Source of the DNA: Chrysomallon squamiferum
Taxonomy: Eukaryota; Animalia; Mollusca
DNA length: 64,000 nt
NCBI GenBank assembly: GCA_012295275.1
Contig: CM022674.1
Coordinates: 8,742,001-8,806,000, forward strand
Direction of reading: 5' to 3'
Positions 37,868-54,200 of this stretch are shown one piece after another; positions within the stretch are counted from its first letter, which is position 1, and each line of letters starts with the position of its first letter. The translations under genes and the position numbers were made by a program. The notes beneath the pieces are model-generated. The model ran no database searches. It worked only from the letters and a program-made list of their open reading frames with translations, and was not told the origin of the DNA.

Positions 37868-40800
37868 CTTTGCTAATATTTATGTGTATATAATTTATTA
37901 ATGTTTTTTTATCACAGTATGTATATATATATATATATTAAAATAATTAATAATTCAAATTGTGACATTCAACAAACAAATTTTTATACATACCAATGAC
38001 TACTTTTAGTTCTGCATCTCCTATTAGAATTATGTACATACAGAGCAGCCATGAGTGAGACTGGCTAAGCAGGAATGGTTGTTTGAATTTTGAGAAATAA
38101 TGTGTGTAATTTATATCTATTCACAGCTGAGAATTTGTTGAGAGTAAGTATATACTGTGTGAGATATTGTTTGGGTATATATAAAACATTTTACAAGTAC
38201 TTTTATATTATTTGTGAATTGTTAATTAATCTCCATTACATAAGACATTTTTATTCTGAATATTGTTTGGTGAAACCATTCATGAACTATGTTTACAATC
38301 TAAATTATGCACTGTTGATTATTTTTACTATATGTACATTAATGTTAGCTAATGTGAACATTTGGTGAAAATGCTGTAAATAAATTATTATTATTATTAT
38401 TATTTTTTAATGGATGGTTTTATTATATCACTTATTACCCATCATTAAGAACATAAATCAACAGAAAGTACACACTAGACTGGTTCACAGCAAGCTATTC
38501 CTTTATTAGCAGCTAGGATTCTTTTAACATAGACATGAAAATAAATATTAACCAGGCAGGGATTGTGACATGTTGGTTCCATTCATCACCATGAAAACAC
38601 TAGGCAAACAATAGATGAACAAATTCCATAGAGAACTAAATTAAATCTAATTACCCTGATATACTTCACTGTGTTATTTGTCAGAACTGAACAATCACAT
38701 TAAAATGGAAGATTATTATTAATTTTTATTTATTTATTAATTTACATTGATGACGAGTGCCAATAGAAGGTTAGGACCAGTTCTTCACAAATGACTTACT
38801 ACAACAACAACAAATAAATGAACTGATCAGAGCAAGCTATTGCGTAGTATGCCTGCAACAGTCTCATAACATTGATGTCTCTCCTTAAATTGTTGAATAG
38901 CCAGTTATAAATTATTTAGATAGATCAATTACAAAAAATGATAAATACATTTTTAATAAAAGGTGAAATATAAAAATAATAGTCACTGAATGAACGATCA
39001 AATTGGGCAACATATTTCAGTTTATGTTTAGTTTCCAAACTAGTAGGGATTTAGATGCATTTGTTAATTATTCGTTGTCACATTTCTCATTAAAATGACC
39101 ACCATGACATGACTGGTAAATAAAATATTCACACTGACTAAGAAAGTGACGGCAGATTATTGCTGAATGTGTTTAATAAACTGCTTCATCTCATACTGAC
39201 AAATGTACGTTTTTCAGAATCATAATTCTGGTGAAAAAAGTAGTGTTATGATATCATTTGTTCAGTATAAACATTGTTTAAAACTTTCAATCTATTAGCT
39301 AGTAATATAATACAAGGAATTTGTTAACATTAGACACAAAAGCATTTAAAACAAATATTTTCTGATATTAGACATTTTATTTACACAATTATTTACATTT
39401 ATACTTTCATATAAAAGCAAAATATTTCTGCTTTCAAGTTTTTTTAGGATACAGGATACAAACATTACAAAGCTAATCAACAAGCTGCAATAGATGAAAT
39501 AAGGAATGTAGTACCCAAAGAGGTTTTGAAACCTATGTCGTGTGTGGCTCCAAAAATGAAAATAAAATGCAAATCTAACTAGTGTTTCTGTGATAGGCAT
39601 ACTAAAACAAGGCAACAGATAAAGCAGTCATGTGTTGTTAACAAGTTTTTTAAAAGTTGATGTAAAGAAATTTACCTCCTTGTATTTGAAGTTATGCTTT
39701 TGCTGAGATAGATATTGCAAATCTTCAGTTTACAAGAGACCATGAATTTAAACATCACTACATCAGTAATATGACATCACAACCACACAGAAAATTAATT
39801 ATTTCTTAATTTTGTTATGTATAATGTGTAACTACAATAACTTAAATAATCTATGTATGATTTTGACATTAATTTAAATACACTAAAAGATACTCAGTAA
39901 ATTATTAATACACCACATTTTAATGCAATACATGAAAAATTCTGGATTATTACATAAAATACACAAACACAGAAGACTAATGAAATATATTTGATTTAAA
40001 AAATACTGAAATGACTTGAGCACTATCCCATTCTAGTCTTAAGCATTTAAAAAGAAAAAAAAACACAAATTTAATTTTATTCAGGTTTAAATGTATATAA
40101 AATTATGTGAAATATAAAAATAATAAAATATTTCCACAATTCTTTTTCGAAAATAATATTTTAATATAAGTAAGATGTAAAAACAGATATTAAAATTAAA
40201 TAAATCATTTATAAATTATATCTGTAAATTATTAGAAAACTGCAAAAACTAGACATGAAATGTAAGGATCAAAGACCTGTTTAGAGGAAACATGGAGATA
40301 CTTTTTTTTCTTCATAGGAAACATCAACAGATTTTACTTCGCTGTTTTATATTTATTAACATCAAATGTGCAAATTTTTTGTTGTCTAACTGTTAATAAT
40401 TATAATAATAACAAAAATGACACTAAAATATGAAACTAAAACCAATCTTTAAAAATCATAAGAAATAATAAATAGAAAAATGACTACATGACTACATGAC
40501 ATTAAATTGTTGTATTTACTCATACTAAAAGGTTTGAAAAGACTGAGAAGGTAAGCAGTTATTTCCAAATGTAGCTTTTAAAAAACAAAGATGCAACTAA
40601 AAAAATAAACTTAAAAATTATAATTAAATATTTGGGAGGTATTATTTCCATTTTTCAGTAACATTTAAACTACTTTATAAACAACTGACAGGCACAACTA
40701 AAGAAAAGTTTAAAAAGAAATATATTACAGAAATAAAGTGTATTACAAGTATTATCCTCTAATCTCAAAATAACAAGAAATAAGAAAATAAGAATATATA

Positions 40801-40905
40801 TCTATCAAAAATCTTTCATACATATCAAATAATGAAAATTATTTACAAATATGCATTATATTAAAGTTGTTTAATATTTAAATGATTTTTGTTATTAGAA
40901 AGTTT

Positions 40906-43900
40906 TCACACAACAGTGTTTTGTGCTTTCGTTTTCCTTCGATCTCGCAACTGTCTGGTAACCACTTCATGTACGTCCACAGTCTCTGGTGTCTCCATCA
41001 CACTGGGCTGCAGACAGAAACAAAACACAGTAGAACTGCTGTAAACATACTCTAATTTAATGTTAATTTTTTAAAGTCTTTTCAGAAGGATGAAATTTGA
41101 GAGACTGCAAATTACATTTTATGTGTTTGTGTGGGATACAGACTATAAAATGAGTGTCTGTAATCTATACATTTTTGTTGTCTTTGTTGTTTGAATATGT
41201 AACCAAAGATTACAAGGTAATACTCACAACATTCCTCAGAAAAATATATAAAATTTGATTCTTATTGAGGAAAGAAACAAATTAATGTAAAAGTAACCTC
41301 TTCCTCATCTAACTAGTTGACGATAAATGTTTGTAACTTGATGATTACTATTTGACAAAGCTATCAAGATATATCTTAAATCACCTATACTTTAATAAAA
41401 TATCTAATAATGGATGTAAGTTTTGGAAACAGTTTTTATGTAAATACTATTTACTAACCATGAAAGGGGCACAATCGAAGGGAGCTGATATTGTTTCTTT
41501 ATAAAGTTGTCTTTTTCTGCTTCCTTTTTTTGATGATTCTGGTGTCCCATTACTTTTAGCAGCTGGAAAAATAGAATCTATCTCACTGTACTTTTCTGAG
41601 CTGCTTTTTCTTTTTCGTGAACTCAGAAAGGTTTTTTTTTCTTGTTTGTTTAAAACAAATAGTTATTTTGTTAAAGTGTTTAAAAATAATTTTTTAACAA
41701 TGTTAATCAAATTATTTATCAGGAGTAAAATTAGGAGTACCAAAGAATAATTATTTTAATGTTAAAACAACAAGGTTATATTAGCATTAGTTTGAGTGAC
41801 CAATGCAGACATCCACAGTCCAGTTCAAACAGTGACCATCACAAAGTCCATTAGACCAGATCCAGAATGTGCAAAGATCCACAATTGCAAAATAAAAAGA
41901 ATAAAAATATGTTAGCAAAACTAAAGATAAAACAGAACATACTGAATGATAATCTTATTTAAGCATTTACTTTTTAATCATGCAATTAGTTAACATAGGT
42001 GAAAAGAAAATAATTTCACTGAAATCAACTTCATTTCTCTCTATATATATCAAAACTATTATTTTTTTAATAATTAAATTTGTTTTGTTAAACTTCTTTT
42101 AATATGCTGAATGTACATTACTTTGCGTAAGTAATTTAAATATTATATTATAATACTGTGTTGTACTTTATTGCAGTCACATAATTTAAATATTTTATTA
42201 TGATACAGTTTTGTACTTTATTGCTGTCACGTAATTTAAATATTTTATTATAATACAGTGGTGTACTTTATTGCTGTCACGTAATTTAAATATTTTATTA
42301 TAATACAGTGTGTCAAGTAATTTAAAGTATCGTACTGTGGCAGGAACAGTTGTGTGATGTGTTTTACTAAATGTACTGACCTGCTTTAACTAAAGGGGAG
42401 TTGCCTGAAACAATGTTCAGTATTTTTCCCTTGGCTATGCTGGCTGCTTTCCGCTTTGGTCTCCTCTCTGAACTTTCTTCCTGCTGAATACAATTAATAC
42501 AGGTTTATGTTCAATCTTTTTATTTCTCTTTGTATTGTTTATTATTGTAATAGATGATTTAAATGTCAGCATCAGTAATGTACACAAATAACATTTTAAC
42601 TAAATACTGAAGAAGTCAATATGAATCAGGAGTCAGCAAAGTAGTCACTGGGACTATTCAAAAGGGGTCAATTCATCAATAAATAACCAATGCACATCCA
42701 AAACTATATGATTCAAATAGATATTATTATGCCAGATTTACACAGCTACCTGTTCTGTTTGTATCTCTGTCTGGTGACATCTCTTTCTGAGAGACTTTTT
42801 CAATCCTTTGACTGCACTAGGTGGAGTTGCATCAATCGTCAAATGACCTCTTGTGTCAACATCATCATTAACAAATACAGGAGCAGGAGGAGTTGAAATG
42901 CCCTAAAAAACAACAACGTAACATTTACTACATAACACAGACACTGCTAATAAAATACTCCAAAATAAAAGAAGCACTGACATTACAAATAAATAAATGT
43001 CTTTTTAAGCAGAATATTCTAATGTTGTTTTAAAATATTTGTTGTTAATTTTTGAGAACCTTTAAGATTTTGTTGTTAATTAAAGGACAATATTAAGATA
43101 TTTCTCGAATAACAGAAAATGTTACATGTTCATATCTTATGACGTAAATCCATCCTTCTACCATAGAACACCTTCCTAGAACATAAATAAATGATATACA
43201 TACATGGAAAAAAATATATACAGACACATCTTTCATACAACACATAAATTTCTCTCATTGCAAAGACAAGTGGTCACTTATTTTTAAGATCTGAAATTCA
43301 TCCCAGTGTTACAAAAAGAAGTATGTTGTATACCCAGCTCACTAATTACACTTCCGAAGTGTAAAATATCTGACATAAATGTCCTTGGCAATTTCTGGAG
43401 CATAAAAAAACTGTGAAACGTCATCCCAGTATTTAAAAAAAGTATGTTGTAGAACCAGGTAACAGAAATTTTATTTACTAATACAACTTTGAAGCATAAA
43501 AAATATGTTAAATAAATGTCCGTTATAATTTCTGGAGTATTAATACGTCTGTGACTATTGTTCTCAGCAGTCAGAAAGCATTATCTACAGATTACTAAAC
43601 TGTGTGACCATTTGTATTTACAGTGTGTTAAACAACCTGCAGCTTGGCCACCTGTTGTTGAAGCTGACTGTTTGACATCTTTAAGTCTGAGATGATTGCC
43701 TCGTTAGCTTTCATACTGACTTCTGTGTGAGACTGTAACACTGCCTTCTCCTCCCTCACATTATGCAACTGAAACAGAGAAACAGTCTGAGTGTGTGAGC
43801 ACTCAGGAGTGTGCATGCATGTATGCTTGTGTGCATGTTATTATTTCATTTTCAGTTAAAGTTTATATATGTTGATGGGAAAATGAATACTTTTTTTTCC

Positions 43901-44457
43901 CACTGAACTGTTGTTTTGCTACTCAGTATATAATGAAATAAATATTGTTATTATTAAAAAGTTAAAAAAAATATGTATTAATTATTTTTTTTTTTTCAAT
44001 ATGTCTCTTATTATATTATTACTAGATTTTATAATATCAAAGAAATATAAAAACAGTAACTTTGAATTTAAAAAAAATATATTTTTAGTTTGTATTTGTA
44101 CACCATAATTAGCAATATTAAAAAATATCAGGAGAAGTGCAAAGCAAGTATGTTACAGTATTGGGAGTTAAAGCATTTAAGGTTAAGAAGAGAGCTGAAC
44201 ATACAAACAAGTATTATAAAATGGAAACTTGAAAAATGTTTGATATTCTGTTTAGTGATGTATAAATGTGATTTTTTTTTTTACATTAACCTTTTTCTTT
44301 AGTTCTTTGATTTCAGCAGCCTGATCCTTTAGTAATGTTTCCAGTTTGCTGACAAGTTCATCACGATTTTGACGCCAGATCTGCAATCACAGAAATTTCA
44401 ATATACATGAAGTAATAAAGAAAGGACACTGGTAATATTGGTTGCTTCAAAACAAAC

Positions 44458-44509
<52 letters not shown>

Positions 44510-46371
44510 TCAGTTATTTATTTTAAATGTCTTAAAACTTCAAAATAATGTCATTTCAAACCAATCACTTATATAGAGGTGCTAACCTGCATTTTTTCAC
44601 TGTTTTCTGACAGTTGTTCATTAACTTTGGTCAGTTCTTTTTCCAGATGTTTCTTCTCTTTTTCTAGCTTCAGAATCTCAAATGACTTACTCTGTAAAAG
44701 TGTATTTTGAAAACTAATGTAACAGGGATATGAGAACAACTGAATATAAAGAAAATGTGGTAGTTTTAGAGGTTTACAGAAAAGCTCATATAACCGAGGA
44801 CAAACATAACAAACAGTGAAATGTTGGATTTACTCAACATATAAACAGACCACACAAATTAGCTAGTGCAATAAAGAAGGTAATGACAGCAATTCTAAAT
44901 TAATTATAACAATGTAATAATAATACTCAGATGTTGATTTGGAAATTTTATATTTTTCTAAATATAGTATTTAAAATAAAAATTAATAATGGATCAACTT
45001 ATTGATAATCTTAAAACCTTCAACAATGTTTACAGAATTCATATTCAAAACATTTCAGTTATTAGTTGTGATATGGTGCTATTAAATTTTACTATTAGTT
45101 ATGGTTGAAATTTGATAAACTTTATAAACATTTTATTCAAAAAGTTTTGATCATTAGTGAATTTGTGATAAGGTTTTTCTGACAGACAGTTAGAGAATCT
45201 CTATCATACACATAAAACTGCTTCATCTGAACTAATTACCTTTAACTGTTCCTTGAGTGAATTGTATTCAGTTTTCAGCTGTTCATCTGAGCTACTGTGT
45301 TCTTTAACTTCATTGTTCTTTTCTGTATAACAGTAAACAAATATTCTTTAAAATGTTAAACATTAATTAAAAAACATCTAAAGTGTTTAAGAGAAAAAAT
45401 AAGTAGATGACTTTAAATTAATGGGTGATTTAAAGTCAGTGAAAATTGGTGATAAATTTTGATGGTTATAAAACAGGAGTTTATAGATAAATAATATTAA
45501 TTGATATAAGAAAATTGTTTAGAAATTCAATATTTCACTTCAAAGTTACATCACACAAACACACTAAACTTGACTAATTTAATTACCTTCAAAAATATAT
45601 TTTACCTGTTAGTAATTTTTCCAGACTGGCAATGTTTACATTGTTTTCATGCAGCACTGTGTTAAGTCTGTCTTTGTCTTTAGTGAGACTGTCAACAACA
45701 TGTTTCAGTCTGCTGCAGTCAGTGTTCAAACTTTCCTCTCTGCGCTGGAGAGCCTTGTTCTCCTCTAACAGCTGACACTTCAACTGATTCTGATCACTGA
45801 CGCCTTTCTCTTCAAGTGTCTGCATTTCTTCAAGCTGTTTTTCTGTCTTCCTTTGAAGAGCATTTCGTTCTTCTGTCAACATCTCTTCTCTCCTCTTAGA
45901 CTGTTCAAGTTGTATTAGGTGTTTGTCAACCTGTCTTTTTAGATCAGCACATTCCTCTTTTATCAGTTCTTCTTTCTTCTTCATCTTCTCCAATTCTTCT
46001 CTCTGTGTTTTCCCTTGTCTTTCTATTTCACCTTTCTCTGACAATAACATTTCTATCTGTTTCTTCAATCTATCTACTTCCTGTGTCTGACTTTCTAGCT
46101 GGCTCTGCAAATGTTTGTTGTCTGCATCCTGCAGCTTTTCTTGTCTCTGCTGCTCAGACATATGTTTTTTGATTGTGTCCTCCAGTAGGTCTTGCTCCAC
46201 AGAAAATTTTTCCTCAAGTTTTGACAGCTGATTTTCTTTTTCTGACTGCTTTTCTCTTACAAGCTTCAGCTGATGTCTCTCGGTGTCCAGTTGTGTCTGC
46301 AGCTGTCTTAACTCTTAAAATAAAAATAATAAAAAATATATATATATATATATACATATATACATATACAT

Positions 46372-46460
<89 letters not shown>

Positions 46461-48206
46461 TACACACATACGCCTCTTTAAAAAAAACTTATATTCAAAA
46501 TGATCTTCAATTTTATTGTCTTAATTATTTTTGGTTTGCATCCTTTTTCCCCCTTTGTTTTCATGTTTGTTATAGGTTATTCAATTAACTGAACCAGGGT
46601 TATTAACATAGTAAATAAAACAAACAGGTTTGTTTGGAGAATTAATAAAAGAAGTAATAATTACCATCTTGTAGAGACTGAATCTCTTCATCTCGTGAAT
46701 TCAAAACAGCATCCTGTGTTTCCATGGTTTCCTCTTGTTCCTGTATTACTTTCTTCAGTGTTTCCAGTAGGTTTTCATTTGCCTTAGCATCTGTCAAACA
46801 CACAAGTAAGCTTCATATTCAATATTTTTATCACAAAATTGGTGTCTTTGGCTGCTACATATATATCTAATATTATTATTTGTGTAATGATTCTGAAAGA
46901 AAAGCATGTGCTTGCACTAATTATCAATCAGCAATTTAAAAAAATGTAAAACCATTTGTATTATCAGAGGCAGATTAACTTATCAAAACAAAATACTTCC
47001 TATTTTTAATTGTACAACCTTTCAAAGCAATTTCAAATCTTTCTCTCTCCAACTCTAACTTCTGTTTAAGTTCCTTCACTTTTGAACTTTTTTCATCAAG
47101 TTTTTCAGTTTTACGTTTAATGTCTAACTTCAGCTCTCTCAGCTCCTCTTCCTTACTCTGTGAACCTGATTCTTTTTCAGCCTAATAATTAAAATCTTAG
47201 TTTAGTAATCATCACAGAAATGCAGGGGAAAAAACAAATACAACCCCCAGAAATTGGAAATGCGATTTCCACCTCCAGTGCAGATTATCAAAATATAAAA
47301 TTATGAACATTAAATTTTACATTTATGTAATCTTTACCATAATCTACAAGTTGCTATGAACACATAATTTACATGCCAAATTAATCCTACAGTATATAAC
47401 AGAAAACAATTTATTTAAAAAAATAAAAAGACTGAAATATTAATAAATAAAATTATATGAAAAATGTTTCAAAATGCAATATTTAGATTTTTGTAAACAA
47501 ATATATGTATACTTGGAGAGCACGTAATGTATCATTCAATGTGAGTATCCTCATCTCCTTTTTAGACAGGCTCTCCTCCAGCTCACTGATTTTCTCCATG
47601 TTCTCCTTCAGTGTGCAGCTTGCCTGCTTCAACTGTTGTCTTAGTTTACTCTCCCGATCTTGACTCTAGATTGTGTATTTAACAGTTTTAATTATTATTG
47701 GAAATCAGATGATTATATTGTATCATGAATAAAGAAACCGTCTAATAATAGAAGTAAGAAGATATCGATTATGTTCACTTTCCCAACACAGTAACACATT
47801 TTATAATAAGATTAATAGTTTTCATACAAAAAATTCTTTAATATTCAGAAATACTGAGAAACTGTAACTTCACTATTCTGTAGCATAGAAAAACTAGTAA
47901 TACATTTGGTTAAATACAAGTATAAGAAAATGTTTTAGAATTCTTACCTTTTGTAGCTCCTTGCTGACGAGAGATTCTGATGAGGACAGGTAATTCGGTA
48001 CAGGTGCTGTAGGAGTGTCTTTCAAACTCGATTCAACATTCTGCAGTTGTTGCTGAAGTGAAACTATCTGTCTCTGACTCAACTCTAACTCCTCACATTT
48101 CCTCTTCAATTCTTCTTCTTTTACCTCAAGTTGTTTCTTTAGTTCAGTTAATCTAATAATTAAATAATTACACTATTTATATACACACACACACACACAC
48201 ATTAAC

Positions 48207-48262
<56 letters not shown>

Positions 48263-51200
48263 AGCTTTTTCTGTTTGGATATTATCTTGCAGTTAATCAT
48301 TATTATAAATTATAAACATGGTGTTTACTATACTAAATTGATTATTAATGTTTCTAATAGACTGAAAAAGGGGCATTTTTTCATATAACCTGTATTCAAA
48401 AGGGCAGAACTGACAAGATCTCATAGTCAAAATTTTATGATTATTTGATGGTGCTAAAACATGCTGTTTGTATTTGTCTATTCGTGCTTCAGATGCCAAT
48501 TATATTTCTGGTATTAACACTGGTTTACTTGACAAACTAATGCCTTCACATTCTATTGAGAATTTAGGCAAACGAGGGCACTAGGGCAGCCACGAAAAGG
48601 GGCAGGGTGGTCCACCTTCTTGTTTCTTCAAAGGGGAAAAACTAACTATTCCCTTTACATTATCAAAGACTATGGTATGTGCTCTCTGTGGAGAAGGTGA
48701 CCCTAAATATCCATTGTACATAATCATATAATCAATAAGAGGCTAATTGCCATAAGTTGCTTTGTCTAACACTAATAAGTTGATAAAAGAAAACACTCAC
48801 TTATTATCAAGCTGTACATCAGAAACATTCGGACCAGAATTATTTCCATCTTCAAGTTTTTTCTTTAGAAGCTCCAGTTCATGTTTGGTGTTGATAAGCT
48901 TTAATTCTAGTCCTATCTTTTCTTTCCGGAGTCGCCTACTACATCCAGGCATGGATTCCATCTCCTCATTTTTCATACTGAGAAGAATAACTTCGAGTTC
49001 CTGGTTTCTCTTTTTGTGAATCTCCATCTCAGAATGAAGCCTGGACAACTCCTGGGAGTGAAGTTCACTTGAAGAAGAATCAACTGTTTGAGTCTTTTTA
49101 AGTTTCTCTAGCTCAGACTTGTATGATTCTATCATCTCTCTTGCTGATGTCAAATCATTGTTCAACATTTCAAGCTGTTCTTCCAATGATGACACTGTTT
49201 TTATTTTGTCTTCCTTTAACACATTAAACTTGTCATTAGATTCACTCAGTTCACATCTCAGTTGTTCCAGAGTCTGTCTCTCATCATTCAGTGTCTGCTG
49301 ACACTCCTCTCTGATTCTCTGCTCAGTACCTTTTTCTTCATTTAGTCTTTCTTCTTCATTCTTCATCATTTGTTCTTTTAGTATTGTCATTTCAGTTATT
49401 AGCTTGTTCTTTTCATTTAAAAGTATCTCATTTTCCTTCTTATTTGTTTCATTTGCTTTCATTTCCTCTTCCAACCTGCAGGAAAGTTCAGTTTTCTCCT
49501 GTTTGTATTTGTTATGAAGAGTCTTTTCCATGTGCAATGCAGACTTGAGTTCTGCCAACTCTAAGATTGCAGTATTTAGCTGTTTGACTTTGTTTTCTCC
49601 CTCACCTAACTGAGACTTCACTTCACTCAGTGTATGTTGGACTCTCTCTAGATCACGTTCCTTTGAAGACAGTTCATTCTGTAAACCTTGTATTGTCAGT
49701 TCAGAGTCTTTCTTTGACTTCAGTAATGCATCCTTAACAGACTCAACTTTTTCTTTCAAAGCCAATAGCACATTTTCATTTTCTTTAAGCATGTCTACAT
49801 ATTTTTCTTTCTCCTTCTTAATTTTTTCAATTGTAACTTCTTTTCCTGTCAGCTGTTTTTCTAATAGTTTCTTACACTGTTCCAACGCCATAACTTTATT
49901 TTCTGTGTTAGAAGCCGGACTCTTCTGTGAAAGTTCTTCTTTCTTGTCAAGGTTTGCTCTGAGCTCCTGCAGCTCAATCTTCATCTCACAACATTTACCT
50001 TCCAACTCACAGCTCTCAGCTGTTTTCTCATCCAATTCTGACTTCAGCTTATTTAGCTCATTATTAATAGAGTTTTCTTTGATTTTCATTTCTTCGACAA
50101 TCTTTCTCAACTCAGAAGCCTCCACATTCAGCTCTTCAAATTCCTGAACTTTTAATTCTAGTTCACATTTAATAGCAACATGTTGAAATTTTTCTTCCTC
50201 CAGTGATTCCTGGAGCTGTTCCACTTCTTGTGAGGCAACCTGCCACTTCTTTTCAATATCTGCCATTTCCTGTTTCATTAATTCAAGACTTTTCACAATT
50301 CTATCATAATCCTTAAGTTTATCATCAAATTCTTTTTCTTTCTGGACAAGAATATTTCCCAGTTCATTCTGCTGTTTGTTGAAAGCATTGTGAAGTTCTT
50401 CCTCTCTCTGAACTAACTTTGACTCAGCATCTTTCAGTTCTTTGTGCTTTAATGCCATGTGTCTGTTGAATTCTTCTTCTTTTGATATCAGTTTGTCCTG
50501 CAGGTCTTTGACAGTGATCTTGAACTTGTCATCCATGTCCTTCAACTGCTGAGTAAACCTGCTGTGTAAATTATTCTCCTCTGTTGACAGTTTTTCTTTC
50601 AACACAAGCAGATTCATAGACAATGATTCACACTGCATTTGTTGTTCTGTCACTTGTGAATTTAGTTTAACTACTTTCTGTTCAGTTTCCTCAAGTTTAG
50701 CTTTTTTCTCTTTTAAGTGACTGAGCAGAATCTGATTTTCTGAAGAAAGTTTTTTATTGTCTTGATCCAAAGTTTGTATTTGAGTTTTTAGTTCAATTTC
50801 TTTACCTGCAACCAAACATTTCATGTGCTCCTCTTTCTTACTAAGGTCATTGGTTGTTTGACTGATCATGTCTCTCAGTTCTGTATTCACTACTTCCAGC
50901 TCTTCCACTCTTTTCTCCAACTGTTCTCTTTGTTCATCTTTTTCTCTAATATCAGACATTAGTTTGGAGAGAGTTTTCTCAAAATTTTCTTTAGCAGAGT
51001 CCAACTCGTTTTGTTTATTAACAACCTGTTGCATCAAGTTCTCTAACTCTGATTTCAAAATTTTATTTTCCTCTTTAAAATGTTCTACCTTTGACTTGAA
51101 CTCCTCCATACTAAACTCAGCATCTTTCAATTTTTCTTCCTTACACAGCAACATACCAGCCAGATCTCTTAACTGTTCCTGCAAATCTTTAACTTTCTGT

Positions 51201-54200
51201 GAGAGTTCTTTCATTTCTTTCTCTTTCTCAGTGTCAATATTTGTCATCTCCATCATCTTAGATTTAGTCTCTGAGTGGCTGCAACACTCAGCTTCCAAAT
51301 GTTTATTCATATCCTCCAGTGTTGACTTGGAAATTTCTGATGAGTGTTCATGAACTGTAGGGGTCTGCCCTGACTTGTCTAAATCACTCTTCAACATTTT
51401 TATCTGTTTGTTCAGATCTTCTCTGACACTCTCCTCTTTCTGTAGTCTATTTTCCAGCCCAACCACTTTTGTTTTGAGTGCAAGCAGCTGCGACTTGTGT
51501 GAGTTGATCTCTGCTGTGTAGCCGTGTATGAGAGCCTGGTCTCGCTTAGCTGACTCTTCTTCTTCTTTCTTCAGTTTCTGCTTGACCTGCTCCAGCTCCA
51601 AGTCCTTGCTGGCAATGATCTGGTCAAGTCTTTTGATTCTTTCTTCTTTCTCTTTGATCAAACAATCCAGCTCTAATGACTTTCTAGATGGCTTACTCTT
51701 TTCAAGCTGTTCCAAATGTTTCTTCAATTCTTCTATCTGATCTAAAATAACAATAATAAGCATCTGTTATTTTTCAAAATATTCCATTCAAAGTACAATT
51801 AATTATGTTATTACTGTTACATTTCTTTTTGCCAAAAATATTCAATGTTTTATCCAAAACAAAAAGACAAATCTATATGTGACACACTAATTACTGAAGA
51901 AACAGAGGTCAACATAAAATCAAGGTATACAGTATAGACTGTGTGTAATGAAATCCACGTTCCTATAAAAAGAACGAATATTACTTTAGTTACTATGACT
52001 TAAGGAAGATTTTCTCTAGATCTCTGTATGAATGGAAGTCTGGAGCATGATGGCAAGATAATCAATCCTCCTTGATACTTCTAATATTACAGCTCCACTA
52101 ATGGTGTTTCAAATGTCATGATATATGCTTTCCTTTCTATAAGAAAATTCCCATAAAAGAATCCAAGCCATTGATGGTGGTGCCAAATGTTTGGATCAAG
52201 TACAGTCAAAACATGTAATCCGAAGTTCAGGCAAATGTTATATGTCTAATTTTGCTGAACAAATTTAAATGGTATAGATCTGGGTCCTAGTATTTAGTTG
52301 TAAATAATTTTAGAAAGTATCAGTCAAGATTACTTGAATCAGCAACCTTTTCTCAGCATGTGATGATAATTTAAGACAAGGTTTAATGTTTTAATTTTTT
52401 TAAACAAGTATATTTTTATTGATGCATGTCTAAAGTAGTTTTTAGAACTGAATACAATATGTAAGACATCATTCCTCCAAAGAGTACCAAGTTTAATAAA
52501 CAGCCTCGGTCAGTGAGAAATACATTTTGAATCTATATCAACTAACTAGGCTTGCACTCTGGATACTATAAGATTTGTATGAGCATACCTTTTTCGCAGA
52601 AATTACAAGCTGACTGGCTGCACACTGCTAAATCTGTTTCATAGTTATTCTTTTACTAAAATATGATGCAGTATGTCTAAAAAAAACCTGTTACTTAATT
52701 ACAGATAGTCATACTAAGAGGGTTTGTTTCTTTTATCAGTTTTTCACCTGTTGTCAAATAAAGATGATATTGAAAGACAAATTTTTACTAAATTTTTTTG
52801 CCATTTCACATAGCTGTGTCATTGTTAAATTTAAAGCTATTATACATTCTATTGTACATTTTGAAGATAAAGCCTGGTGAACTGTATCATGTAACCAGTG
52901 AAGATCCAGATATCAACTACAACCAACCAGTTCTTTAGTCAAATAATCACAACTCTACAATCAATGAATAAAGTTTAAGAGAATCCATCCATTCATAACT
53001 TGAAGTTGTGTTTTAAATATTTTATAGTGTCATAAACATTTCTACATGTTGATTTGATGAAATGGCTTCACCGTTTGTTTTTTCTTTATTCTCAGAAGCA
53101 ACCATTTATCAGCCATTATTTTATAAAGAGTAATTTAACTTAAAGATGTTTATAAATGCTAATTCTCAATGTTTATCTTTAACAGGAAATGATTAGTAAA
53201 GAATATCTGTAGATTAAAATGTGTTTTTTGCTTCCAAGTGATTATTTTATTTTACACTGGATTATTATGACTTATGACAAATTATGAGGATATGCAAATG
53301 TTATGAATACCTTTTTTGTCACAATACATTTCCAAAATACAAATATAAAATAAATTCTGTGAGGATTAGACTGGAGCAATTCTGCACCTCTGGTTTATTT
53401 AATATAATCACTTTATTTTTAATGGAAGCTGTTTACAAGAAACAAAATGATCACTTGGAATAAAAAAAATTATTTTATTAAAAATTAATCTTCAGAGGTA
53501 CTTAAACAATGTTAGTAAAACAAATTTTTTTAGAAAAGTTTGCTTTCAGCAATGTGAAGAAAAACAACAATAAATATTAAATTTAATTAATCAAATCATT
53601 TCCCCCAGATGGTGGCAGTCACAGCTGTCCCCCTTGCAGTGTATTTTACCCGACTGGTGACTTTTAGATATCCAGTGAAATACCTCTGTATGAACAACTG
53701 TTACTTTTAACTCATAGTTTTTAGTTTAAGAAAATTAATATGTCAACTGAAAGTTTCATTACTTTTGTACAATTTTATTTTAATTTTTATTTAATTTTTT
53801 TTTTTAACTGTTCAAATTTGAGATATTTCAATTTAAAAAACAAATAAAAAGAATCAACCATAAATTAATCATGTATCCATGCTATTTAATGTCAACAACA
53901 ACAATAAAAATAGTTTTTTCCCTAAAGTCACCAGCAGGAAAATTAATACCTGCAATGGAAACAAAAGGACATCCATTAGTATCAAAGAGTTGTCTTCTCT
54001 TTATACTGCCATCTCAGAGACTGAAATAAAAACAAATATGCCTCATTAGTTTACAGTTTATTAGTTCAGTGGTATCACACAGTATTTACAAACCTGACTT
54101 CAAACAGAAAATGAAAATAAAGCACTAACCCCCAACCCCCCCAAAAATACAAAAAAGCATTTTATAATAACTATACAGTGAACTTATCTAAACTAAACTC

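Noticed and set aside
42131-42310. Regularly spaced repeats resembling a CRISPR array
   Set aside because: Head-to-tail 50-bp units with no unique spacers and no cas genes, inside a eukaryotic intron.
48762-51740. Several Ser/Phe/Leu-rich plus-strand ORFs
   Set aside because: Antisense shadows of the Glu/Lys-rich coiled-coil exon.
51900-53200. Slightly coding-like stretch, possibly an ancient LINE fragment
   Set aside because: No continuous frame or diagnostic RT motif could be read.
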